A DNA stretch of 64,000 bases. Origin: Bugula neritina (Eukaryota > Animalia > Bryozoa). Position 1 is the stretch's first letter. Each line of letters starts with the position of its first letter. The stretch covers positions 7,287,190 through 7,351,189 of the forward strand of contig OZ037771.1 of assembly GCA_964035545.1 (NCBI GenBank), read 5' to 3'. A program made the translations under genes and the position numbers. Under the pieces are notes generated by a model that worked only from the letters and a program-made list of their open reading frames with translations, was not told the origin of the DNA and ran no database searches. Positions 23,001 to 44,400 of this stretch are shown here, piece after piece.

Positions 23001-26000
23001 TTGGTATTGAATTTAAATTGTTGTGCATAACAAAGCCTACACAAAACATAAACACCAACCAGCTTAAAAGAAAAGTGCTACAATTGCTTCAATTGCAAGT
23101 GAATGCCAAATAGTACAATAAGAATGATGCAATTACATAATTACCGACTGGCCTTGAGAAGCTTCTCAGCAAAGATTTTATTTTATTTTTTTCAACAACA
23201 AATACGGATATCTCCACACGAGTAATTGCCCCACGTAATGTTCGCCAGCCTGCCCTGATAGAAAATACTGTGCTCTTTGGTGGGGTAGAAGTTGCTTGTC
23301 TAAGACGTCTCACTTTAAAAGCTGATAGTGGTGATGGATCTATCAAAATATATGGAGCTTTTGTCAACCTAACAATTACTTGCAGTACAGTAGCATATTA
23401 TTTTGTTCTGTAAACAATACTGGCCACGGGTAATTGTCTATCAACCCTAGTTGCCTTGGTTACATTGTTTTATGATGACATGTTTGCCAATGTTCAGCAT
23501 GATGGTCTTTTGTCTGAGGCTTTCATTATTAAAAAAGGTGCTGGCCCCCACACCTTTTGATATATATTTTTTATGTTTTCAAAACAGTACATGCTAAATT
23601 AATAGCAAGTGTTGGTGTGTTTCTGCTCTCTCAAGATAATGGTAACTTCTTTAACTTGGTGCGATTTTGAGCCGAAACCAAGGTTCAAAAGTTTGTTGCT
23701 CATTAGTTACTATAATATTATGCTGATCATGCTGCATTTTGAGCGGCATTCCCTGAACAGTTTCAAAACCTTTTGAATAGCTTTAGTGATGCGTGTGATC
23801 TTTTTAAATTAACCATAAGTCAAAAGAAAACTGTAACCCTCTCACATTCTCCAAAGACCCATACGTTTACCAGCAATCAGAATCAGCTTGAGGGCGTTGA
23901 TAATTTTACTTTTCATGGGTCTACTCTTACTAAGAACACCACAGTTGATCAATAAGTACCGATCAGGTTAGGAAAAGCTGCTACTATGTTTGGGCATCTA
24001 GACAAGCGAGTATAAAAGAACAAGCATCTTGGGATTCACACCAAAATTGGGGTTTATGAAGAGTGTGTTCTCAGCATTCTTCTTTATAGACCGAATACTT
24101 AGGCAGCAAATTGACCCCAAGAATTTAAACTTACTGTTTTTCACGCCAGAACCCTGAGATATATTTTTGGTTAGAGCTGGAAAGACAATATGACAAATAA
24201 AAATTATTCAGGTCCTCTTTCCTCAAAAATAATTTTTTTTAGCCTTAGTTGAGCTGGTTACTTAAACCACATGCCAAAGCACCGCATTCCACACATCATG
24301 CTTCATGCCGTATTATAAGAAGGAGCCTGTCAAACTGAAGGACCTTATCTAAGGTGTTAAATTGTTTTAAAGCAAGATCTTAAGGACTTCCACATAAATC
24401 CCAGCAACTTTACCACACCTTCCTATGATTGTGCTGAATGGAGACAAAGCCTTCATACCCGACAGACATTCGACTCGGAGAACAACATTGAGAGATTTAT
24501 GGCTAGACGTGCAAGATACCAGCACTGAAGATGTCATGCATTGTTAACCCTGACAGATGCTTGCCTTTTGGAATAGCTGCTATAATCAAATGCAAATGTG
24601 TATATGTATAATATTTTTATTTTATTTTATTATTTTGAAATCAGTTGAGAAATAGTGATAAATGTGTAGCCTGCTACTACTTGGCATTGTGCAAAAGTCG
24701 AAACAGATGAACTTTGTGTAAAAGTGTAAAGATTGATGTATGTTTAACTTCTGAAGCTAAGCAAATAGGCAACTTAAATAATTGTTTCAAGTTTTTACAT
24801 TGATGCTGAAACTTTTTGTTCAAACTTATAAGCTAGAACTGCATAGGTAAAGTAAATAATCAGAATATCTGTGAGCTACAATGATTGATTATAAATTAAA
24901 ATTCTTACATGAAAAGAATGATTGTTCAACTTGCAATGAGAGCATTCTGTAAGCTGGCTCTTCTGTGAAAACAGAAGCAAACTTCAATTTGCACTCAATC
25001 CCCGGGAGAATTCCTTTCAGCAGGTATGGTGATTGTTGCACCTAGTTTAAATAAACACACAGCTAGCTCACTGGACTATAGCATGTTTCAAGTTTTAGTT
25101 ACACACGCAAACACACACACACGCACATGTACGCGAGCACACATGTACGCGAGCACACATGTACGCGAGCACACACAAACGCACACACACACGCACACAC
25201 ACACGCACGCACACGCACGCACATATATATTTATATAATATCTATATAATATATATATACTATCTATACTGAAAGGCGATACTTACAGTGTGTTTCCTGT
25301 TGACTGGGCAGCAAGAAGGATTACAAGTCAGCGCCAAATGACTAGCATAAGGAGCAGTCCAAGTAATATTGGCTGTAGTCTCATTAGGGTACTGATTGGC
25401 TTGTATTATAATATCTTTTGGTGGTTCTGGGGCTACAAGTAGGGGATATACAGTAAAAAGTAAGATGCTTTTTTACCACACCTTCTATAGGAGTTGTCCC
25501 ATTTTAAAATCAATTATATCCTTTCAGAATTATCTTCCTTAATCATTAAGTTCTAACATTAGTCTAACTTCTGGAGCAAAAAATTCAGTAGATGGAAATT
25601 TCTTAAAAAATTGTATTTTGCTGGAGACATGTAATCACTGACATGAATCACATTGCTTTTGACCACGTAGCACATCAGCAGTAAAATAGGTTACTCGACC
25701 TGACTTAGCAGTCTATTTATTGCAATTATTATATATTGGCAACTTTATTATCATAAGTCTTCATAATTATAACTATAATATAGTACTTGAGTTTATATAT
25801 GCTGTGATTTTCTATGCTGCTGAAAAAGATACTGACTCTCGTCTTTTCTGCAAATCTTAAAATCTGTTTTAGAAATAAATTTTGAAAACTTTCTTTAAAT
25901 CCTAAACTTTACTTACGTTTTTCTAGCTGTTTTGTGTTGCTGGCTAGACCGATACCTGAAGGTTTAGCATGATACAGCGTTATTACCCATTTTCCAATGA

Positions 26001-27544
26001 TAGAATCGTCTACTACTTCAACACTATTTGTACCAGATTGTAGCGGAAGCAGCTTTTCTTTGCATTTCATGCTTCCTAATACTTTGCAAAATTTAACTTT
26101 CAGACGGTCAGTTTGTTGATTAACCAGTACATCTGCACCAACTTCATAAGTGATCACAATTTTACTGTTACTTGGAGTGTACTCTATAGTCTTGAAAGAT
26201 AATGGCTTTACTAAAATATAAATTTATAAAGAGTCTACAAATCTATCATTAAGCAGCAGTCTCAAACATCCCCCCCCCCCCTGTTAATTTGGGAGTGCAC
26301 ATAAATGACAGCTATGTTGTTTTGCTTGAAAATGTAACAAGTAATTATTAGTAGTCAAGTAATGCTTACATGAGCAGGTTACAGTTTTGCCATTATTACT
26401 CCAGTTATTGTCAGCCTGACATGTCCACTCTATGTCCTTTGAAAGCACATAACCCAGAGAACAGGTCACTTTGCAAACGTCAGCTATTCTTCTGCTATAA
26501 ACCGGACTAGTACAGGACCTTCGGTTGTACTCTCCATTCCTTACCTCAGGTAAAGCTACGCAGCCGACAGCTGAAATAGTTGATGGTGACTAATAGATTT
26601 AAAAGAGAGGTATAAGTCTAAAAATAGTTTGATAACTAACTCAAAGTAGTGTAAAATTTTAGGTGTTATGTTTGAAAAAAGCGTATAATATATTTTTATA
26701 TGCAGAGCCCTAAAAAGTACTCAAATTTCTTTAAAAAATTACCAGCTGTCATAATAATCTAATTTGTCACTAACTTATGATTGTTAATATTAAAATCATT
26801 AACAAACTCATGTCAAACCAGCCATGGCATTTAGTTTTTGTCTCAATTTTGAATTAAAGTGATAGTTTCTTTCAACAAACTTAATGTTTCAAGCTTTCGT
26901 TTCATATTTCTGAATTTAAGAAGGTAATATGAATGTATTGGGTTTTTGTAATTTGTGCATTTGAAAAAAGTTAAAAGAAGTTGCAACTTGTTTTAGTGTT
27001 TTCCTAACAAAATCTTACGATGGCAAAGAGTACGCTGGTTGGGTTCCCATTGTTGATTTGCCTCGCAGGTAAATCCAGTAACTTTTCCCATTAGCAGAAA
27101 CTCCTTTGAGCATTCAACAGAACATTTCTGCTGGTAAGGTACTGGTCTCTGTGTACAATTTAGGTCAGTGAAATATCCATTTGGTTCTTGATGAAGGGGT
27201 GGACAACTTTGTCCTATAAAATGCTCAGCTTGTAAAATCCTAGTGCATTTGAATAAAAAAACTAATTGATACATCTAGCAAATATTTCATACATGCCAAA
27301 GCATTATAAATATATAATTTGACTCTGCTGAAATTTGAATGCTGCTAAGATTCTAGTTGGTAACTTTGCACCTGAAGTGTTTTGAGTAACATAATATACT
27401 TTTAAAAATGCAATACAGCGACATGAGTAAATTCTGAACTAGGATCATAAGAAATTTGCTTATTACCAGCGTTTAAATCAAATTTACAAATCTTTTTTTA
27501 TAAAAAACTTAGTTGTATGAGTATTTTCTGAAAAAGCAATTTTG

Positions 27545-27633
<89 letters not shown>

Positions 27634-28563
27634 TTTTACTATTGCGAAGGTGTGGGCCATGGTACTCTGTTCTGTGCTGATGAGGGGACAAATCCCGAAA
27701 CAGCTGCTGTCCACAGATTGAGATAATATATATTATATATAATATATATGCAGTAAAATGTCTAATTTGATTTAATATTGAGAAATTATCAGCATGCTTA
27801 AAAAGTATTTATTTTGTTTACTTATACATTGGTGAGTTCCATCTGCGGGACTCCATTGATCAGTTGCGGTACATGTATAATATCCTGTACTGGGACTTAG
27901 GCTAAATCCTGGTTCACATTCAGCTCTAGGACAAGTTTCGCCACTAGGTACAGGAAAATAATAGCAATAATTTCCGTAATTATTTGGTGTTACTTGCAAT
28001 GGTTTGCAATCGCCTGGAAAGTAGGTAACACACAAAATAAAGTAAGAAAGGTATCTGTTGAAGCATGTTTTAAAAGGACTAGTTTTGGTCATCAATATGA
28101 ATATAGGAAGAATTTGCAAAATAGTTTACTTATATTAATTGGATAATTACAGCTTTAGTTTTGCTTAAACTGCATCCATATAAACATAAAATCAGTCTAA
28201 AAACACTTTTTATAAGTGAATTTCCGATTTTATTTTATTAGACTTTTTATACAAATAAATATTTTGGTAGTTGAGTAAATCATTAGAGAATTAGCTCATT
28301 AATCATCATGTTTATATTCTTTGCTAAAGTGTTGCACAAAATTACCTACTCATGTAAGAAAACTTAAAAACATATTTTCTCCTAAATATTTTTGCACTTT
28401 ATATAAGCTCTAAATATGTTCAAAACGTTTGAGAACTAAAATGTATAACATCGAAAAAGAATAATGTTTTATCATTCATGAATATGAAAAATAAAATATT
28501 TATTTTACCTGCTATAAGTTGAGCCAAAGATATTATAATAAAACTCAAAATATAAATCAGCAT
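17036..28563 (-). CDS. Receptor paralog C: SP - 3x Sushi - 4x FN3-like - Sushi - TM - Tyr/Ser/Pro-rich tail, about 798 aa, 13 exons
   Basis: Exons 5'->3': 28563-28509 (SP MLIYILSFIIISLAQLIA), 28013-27822, 27213-27019, 26570-26370, 26210-25917, 25432-25287, 25041-24909, 23339-23145, 22630-22490, 19362-19078, 18829-18626, 18131-18044 (TM VIIILVCVIVSAFLVFGSACCI), 17303-17036. Total 2397 nt, in phase; the first 12 exons have the same sizes as in gene D. Confidence 0.9.
19639..20510. mobile_element. MITE with subterminal CCCACTTAGAC-type repeats (host of a nested MITE)
   Basis: Left end GGTGTCATCTCACTTAGAC; right end reverse complement GGTTTCATCCCACTTAGAT; related copy at 58850-59338. Confidence 0.7.
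19670..20013. mobile_element. Nested MITE, possibly PIF/Harbinger-like
   Basis: About 70-bp TIRs (GCCTAGGGCCACACGG..GAAATCACAAGTAGCAAA); flanked by TTA/TAA; interrupts the left TIR region of the host MITE. Confidence 0.8.
23425..24590 (+). mobile_element. Decayed RTE-like non-LTR retrotransposon (reverse transcriptase remnant)
   Basis: Frameshifted RT-like motifs FYDDMFANVQHDGLLSEAFII, LAP, GNFFNL, YAD(H)AA, LEGVDNFTFHGSTL, GKAATMFG.L; many stops; in gene C intron 7 and absent from the matching D intron. End coordinates approximate. Confidence 0.75.
25100..25260. repeat. (CA)/(CGCA)/(TA) low-complexity repeat
   Basis: Directly visible; includes three ACATGTACGCGAGCAC units. Confidence 0.85.
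27547..27631. repeat. (TA)n microsatellite
   Basis: Directly visible; abuts hammerhead copy 1. Confidence 0.95.
27671..27717 (+). ncRNA. Type I hammerhead ribozyme (copy 1; antisense in gene C intron 2)
   Basis: TCTGTG-CTGATGA-GGGG(ACAAA)TCCC-GAA-ACAG(CTG)CTGT-C-CACAGA. Intact core, stem I TCTGTG/CACAGA, stems II and III paired, GUC cleavage triplet with C17 at 27711. Confidence 0.88.
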
Positions 28564-38098
<9,535 letters not shown>

Positions 38099-38531
38099 TA
38101 TTATTACAGGACTTTGAATATTAGGCCAATAAACTGTACCACCTCAGTATATCAGACGTTTGAGTTTGTGTATAGCAGTGTTTTTTGTATAATATAGTTA
38201 GTGAAATAATCTATTTTACTAAATAAAATATACATTTTTTGTATATAATATGATGTTGACATTTTAATAGTAAATTATATTATACAGTTGTAAGCCAAAT
38301 AATAAAATTTAACAATAGAAGTAACATGGTTTCACATCTGATGAAAAAAGTGAGATTTGCTTTTCTTATTTAAATGCTTGAAATCTTATTGCTTTTGCTG
38401 AGAAATATGTGTGGGCTAATGGGGATATTTTGTGATAGTTATAACATTCTATATATTGTATTTAGTGTCTTGTGTAATAGATATATACACAATCGGCTTA
38501 AGTTCTATTTTTTATTATATTTACTCTAAAG

Positions 38532-39345
38532 CAAGGATGGGCAAATATTTTTGAAATTGGGCCAGATCTCAAGATTTAAGGCTTAAGAAGGGCCAGGTTT
38601 GTTTGTTGTAAATGCAAGGTACAATGATGCATTACCAAATGCAAATATAAATTGCTTTTCTTTTCATTTTCAAGGCTGAAAGTATAAATTGCAGAATTTA
38701 GATGCATAATACAAAAGTTGACAGTTTAATAATTTAACAAGTTGTGTATAGTTCACTAAGCAAGAAAGCAGCAAATAATTTATTGGGTACACTTATTGGG
38801 CCTACTATAATTAGTGAGAAGTATGAAAAACACTTTTAGTATCATAATAGCATTGATGTCACTGCTAGTAATAGGTTCATATGTGGCTACTCGAAGCAAA
38901 TTTTGCAGATGCTCATTGCTGAGCTAGCTGTGTTCTATTATACTATTTTTATACGGTTCATGCTAGAAAACATGCATTCACATATATAAACATAACCAGA
39001 TATACTCAGTACTCTTAGTCCCAGTTTAGCTAGTGTAGAATACTTTTCACTAGTTACTGGTGGGGGGTAGAGGCTCACTGTTGTTGTTGGAGCAATATCA
39101 CATGACCCAAGTCATAATGCTGCTCTAATTGTGCTCACTGAAGCGTAATCATTAGTTTCAGCAGCTATACATTGGCCAGAATCTCTTCATGAGTCATGTT
39201 CATGATATTGGCCAGTTTTTCTTAGTATTTCTGTGAATGATTAAAAAACCAATGAAATTATTAGAATTGCTAGTGATTGGCTGAGGGCCTGACTAAAACA
39301 GTTGGAGGGCCTGATGTGGCCCGGGCTGCCATTTGCCCATCTCTG
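38532..39345 (-). mobile_element. Non-autonomous hAT (Charlie-type) DNA transposon derivative
   Basis: TIRs CAAGGATGGGCAAA / TTTGCCCATCTCTG; perfect 8-bp TSD CTCTAAAG; minus-strand remnant YICECMFSSMNRIK resembles the hAT C-terminal dimerization region. Confidence 0.8.
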
Positions 39346-40898
39346 CTCTAAAGTAAAGAAAAAAAAACATATTATTATGTTTGAAACAGAAAAACATTGT
39401 TAGTAAGCTTTCATGGCTCACTACCTGTGCATATGCAGTTAGTCCATTTACACAAGCATGCATGGTAAACCAAAAGTAAGGTTAAACTTGTTTACAAGTA
39501 TGCAGATCAATTTTTTATATATATAAAAAAATAACAGCTAAGACAAAGTTGTATATTATAATTAAAATCTATTAATGAATTACAGATAGTAATTCTGAAA
39601 TTTAAAGCTAAATAACATGATTATACAAATATATAATTAATAAATTGAATATAATTACAATGCAATAGATATCTATCTGCGAAACTCAGCAAAATTTTGT
39701 AATAGAAAAGCATTCAACAAAGATGGAGCTTTGAAAAGTAAATATAACTAAAGCTTTTAGCTTCTTTATATAGGTTCGTTGAGGTCACATGACTGCAGCT
39801 TTATGATGAGATATTTTCACACAAATAATTTCAATGAAATTAAGATTTTAAAATAGATAGGTGACAGAAATGACAATACAGATACTCTAGTCACTAGTGT
39901 ATAAAGTTTACAACTACAGGCAGATTGTAAAACTATACATTTCTTTGATATATATTAGTTAACCAGCAGCCTAATCTGTGGTTTAACTTTTAACTTTGAT
40001 GTTGTTACATTATGTAATACATAAGAATAATTAAGTTTGTTTAGCTCTAGCTGTTCAGGATCATTTATATGTAACTGCCCAAATATCTATCTAAAAGTAA
40101 ACTAGTTCAGAACATTTTGGAGATATTTCAGCAACATGGCCACATATTAATACAATCTGCACATTCAAATAACTATAAATGTATTAGTGAAGTATTTTGG
40201 GAAAATTAGCTAAGTTTTGTAATAATTATAACATACACACTTTTGCCAACATTAGAACTTTTAAAATATGAGAAGTAGAGAAATCATCAATAAAGTTATT
40301 AAAATTGTTGATTACTACTGAATATTGGCTGGGTTTGCTATTACTATAATAGCTGCTATTATTAGACACTCATCTATTTATAGGATTTTTCAAGGTGCAA
40401 GTTTTTAGTACATAAATACTAGCTTAAAACTGTATTATAAAAACACATATTTTCTAGAATGTGAGCTGGCGGTATAAAATGTAGAAATCATCAGCAGACT
40501 TTAGTTAAAAGCTTAAAATATATAAAACTATTTTCATAAGTTGCATTCACTATAGCTCCAATTAAATCAAAACTTTAATAAAAGAACATGCACTTGAAAG
40601 CAGAGGGTGGTTTTTCTAATTCTGTTACCTATAAACAGTTTTTGAAGCATTTTTAAATTGCATGAATTTTTTTTCATGAGAGGAAACTTCTTTAATCAAG
40701 CAAATTGTTTAAAATAAATGTACTATAATTATATTGCGAGATTTTTATTCCTACAGCTAAAAAATTCAATAATTAAAATATAACAAAAATACAACTGCTA
40801 CCGGTACAATGTCTAAAAAATTTTGATTGTTGAAACTAAATGTTTATATTTTGTTAGTAGTTTTTACAATAACGTATCATTTCGGCATTTATACTATC

Positions 40899-41394
40899 AT
40901 GAAACACCAGATGTATTCCAATCTTGTACACTTTTATTTAATAATGACACTGATTATTCTTTATCTCAAAGGACAAAGTGAGTTTTACATTAAATTTATA
41001 ATTATTATAAATAAAAAATTATCTCGTTGTAATATTTTGATTATCAAATGTAGCCTGTTTCTAATTATAAACAGATGATGTCTAGCGTCAACACTAACTA
41101 ACTTAATTTTTCAACTTTCAATAATTCATAAAATCAACAGAATTTTTGAAACAATAGGTGAAATATATAATTTTAACATAGAAAACTGAACTAAGCTGCT
41201 ACAAGAGACTGAGTGACTTTTTTCGGGTACATTTAGTTCTTAAGTCCAATTATATAAAACACTGCAGCTCAAGCATACCTTTGTCTGTCTTGTGCTGCAG
41301 TGGTGTCTAAAATATATACAACTACCTCCGTATTGTCAAACAGCTTTCTTACCTTTAAAAAGAGTTAAAATCTTTTGAACTTTGCAATTCGAAG

Positions 41395-41440
<46 letters not shown>

Positions 41441-41443
41441 ACG

Positions 41444-41480
<37 letters not shown>

Positions 41481-44400
41481 GCACGCACGCACGCACGCAC
41501 GCACACACACACCCACACATCCACACACACACACACACCCACGCACGCACGCACGCACGCACGCACACGCACACACGCACACACGCACACACACACACAC
41601 ATACACACACACACACACACACATACACACACACACACTTTAGATTTTTTAACTATCCACCAATGCAACATGGTTAATTAAAAATGTTTTGTCCGCTAAT
41701 TCTATTTGTAAACTGTATAATTTTATTTAGCCGCCGCATGCCCATACTTACCAATCATTGCACATGGTAGATATAATGTGGGCAGCTGTAGCAACAGATA
41801 CGTTACCAGAAACCCTGGAGATGTCTGCAAAGTGATATGCAATCCAGGATACGCAATTACTGAAAATGCTGGTGTACAATGGACATGTTTGAACACTGGC
41901 ACTTGGTCTAACAGTGAATTAGCAGTCGTCTGTCTACGTAAGTATATGCCATCTTACACTCAGGTTTATTAGACAAATAATATTTCATTCCCATTACCCA
42001 ATTTGGCATATTTTTATTGCTGTGGTTTGTGTGTGTTAACTTCCATTGCAAGTATTTTTATAGTTAATTCATAATTCAAGTAATTGCCAAGCTAATCATA
42101 AAAAGAGATGAATATTAACAGAGCTTTAAACTTTTAATAACTACTTGAACAGTCGTTTTGTTAAGTTCCTAGATTTATATTTATTATCAATAATTTATTA
42201 TTACAAAATGTAGTATCAAAATAACAAATTAACAGAAATTATTGAAATAGAAGACAATTTCAATGAACACTGGAAGTATATATTTGAAGATATATGCAAT
42301 TTATATTTTCATTTTAGTAATTTAATGAAACATTATTAAGGCTATATACATTCACTAAGTGTAATGAATATGTGTTTGTAGTGGATGATAATATATTAAG
42401 TAAGCAGGCTATATACACTACGATAAATGAAAATGTGTACTTGTGATTGTTTATAATATATTGTAAGCAATGATATAAAGAATTTTATATTTCTATATAC
42501 TCAAACTTTATTGGCATAAAAAAGTCATTACAAGTTATTGAGTCAAAATGAGTAAAGAGGCTAGTTGAAAATTAGGCAATTTAGGCTTTTTGGCAAATTT
42601 CCTTGCTACCTAAAAATCTTAGTATTTATGCAGCCAAGTTTTAAAGTACTCAAGTATTCAGAATCAAGATTTTACTTCTCAATGAGAAACAAAAGAATAT
42701 TAATTAATTTTATCTTATAAGTAACAATTATGTTCAGTAAGGCCGCCAAGGTTTTTAAGCCTAACAACAGGAGAGAACAACTTGGGAATAATGATCACTT
42801 ACCAGATACACAACTCCATACCAGTATCCGCAGGTGAAGAGCTAAAAATAACTCTCTGCAAACAGTATGATAACAAAGCATGTGAGATCATCATTAAACC
42901 AATATTCGCCGGGATAAACTCTCTTTTGCTAAAAGATAGGAATAGGTTTGGAGACTGGAAAGTTACCCTCCAGCATCTCAAATCAAATTATATCTCAAGC
43001 TACGACAGCATTTCAAAGTTTGTAACGCGAGGTAATCATCTATTTACTCTGTTGAGTGTTTTTCTACTTGACGATTTGTGTTATTAACTTTGTTCAATTG
43101 TTACTACAAGGTGTAAATGTAAGCATATTACTTCACCTCAGCGCAGTCATTGAGATCCTAATTAATCAATTTTCATAGGTTTTATGTTCAGTTTTTTTAC
43201 AAGTACAATCTATTACAGTATGATTTATAAATTTTACGAGAATAGCGACAATGCATACAGGCTTATAAATTACAGTGCTTCGATTTGAATATTTTTTTTT
43301 ATCTAGAGTGACAAAAGTAACTAAAGTGGATTATTTTCTAATAAGTGGCATATAATTTCACTTGTGATGTTTAGCACCTCGTCTCCCAAATAATATAACA
43401 GTAGCAGTTGGTAAATGGCCAAAAGAGGATCACCTTACAGTAACATACTTGCCTGAGCCTCAGGATTATGCGTACATTGAGCTACGTTGTAGACCAAACT
43501 GCTGTCCAGATGGCAGCACTGTCAGAGTGAGTCATAGGCTTCTATAAAATCTTATAGCTGCTTGCATGCATTAGACACTGTTAAATACGTATAAGAACTC
43601 TGTCTCATTTTAAACAAGCGTCTTTAAAGTGGGTTATGTGCTAGGGAGTGGCAAATGGTCCAAAATTTGCTTATTAATTATTGCATTTCATATGCTTATA
43701 ATAAAGTATTTAGCTATTTTTCTCTCTCATATGCTCACAAAACTCTCTCATAGGTCTGTAATTTGCTTTCATACCCAATTATTATTCGTGCTCTTAGTTT
43801 ATTATTTGGTCTCGCACCTTTGTTATTCATTCCAATACCCTTATTTCTCTTTTTTTATGTTCATTATTCAGTCCCATACCCATATTTCTCTTTTTTTTAT
43901 GTTCATCATTCAGTCCCATACCCATATTTCTCTTTTTTTTTATGTTCATTATTCAGTCCCATACATCCATTATGTACTCTCATATCCTTATTATTTGCTC
44001 TCTTATAGTCATTATTCCTTCTCTTATGCTTATTAATTTTGACAATTTGACACTTCATAGTAGAATGTTTTAATTGTTTCTTTTTTTTCTGTAGCTGAAA
44101 AAATATTTAGTATCACTTTATGATATATAATTTTACACAATTCTAATATATAGAATTAGCTGGTCTGTCGCAGTTCTAAAAATAGACATGTATGCATGCG
44201 TCATGGTAAACATGCAAAAACACATGCTTTTTAATTTAGTTGCTGAACTACACAACTGATATAAGAGTGAGAACTGGTGTGCAGTGTGTGATCACCATTA
44301 CAGCTTTCTTTACTGCATCAAAGAACTACAAAGTGCCATCAGTGGAATACGAACGGGTATTGTTAACACGTAAGAAGATATAATGATTAGATAAAAAAAA

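Noticed and set aside
43832-43965. CRISPR-like or coding interpretation of the 42-bp repeat (ORFs 43629-44036 and 43763-44008)
   Set aside because: Head-to-tail minisatellite with no unique spacers, inside a eukaryotic intron.
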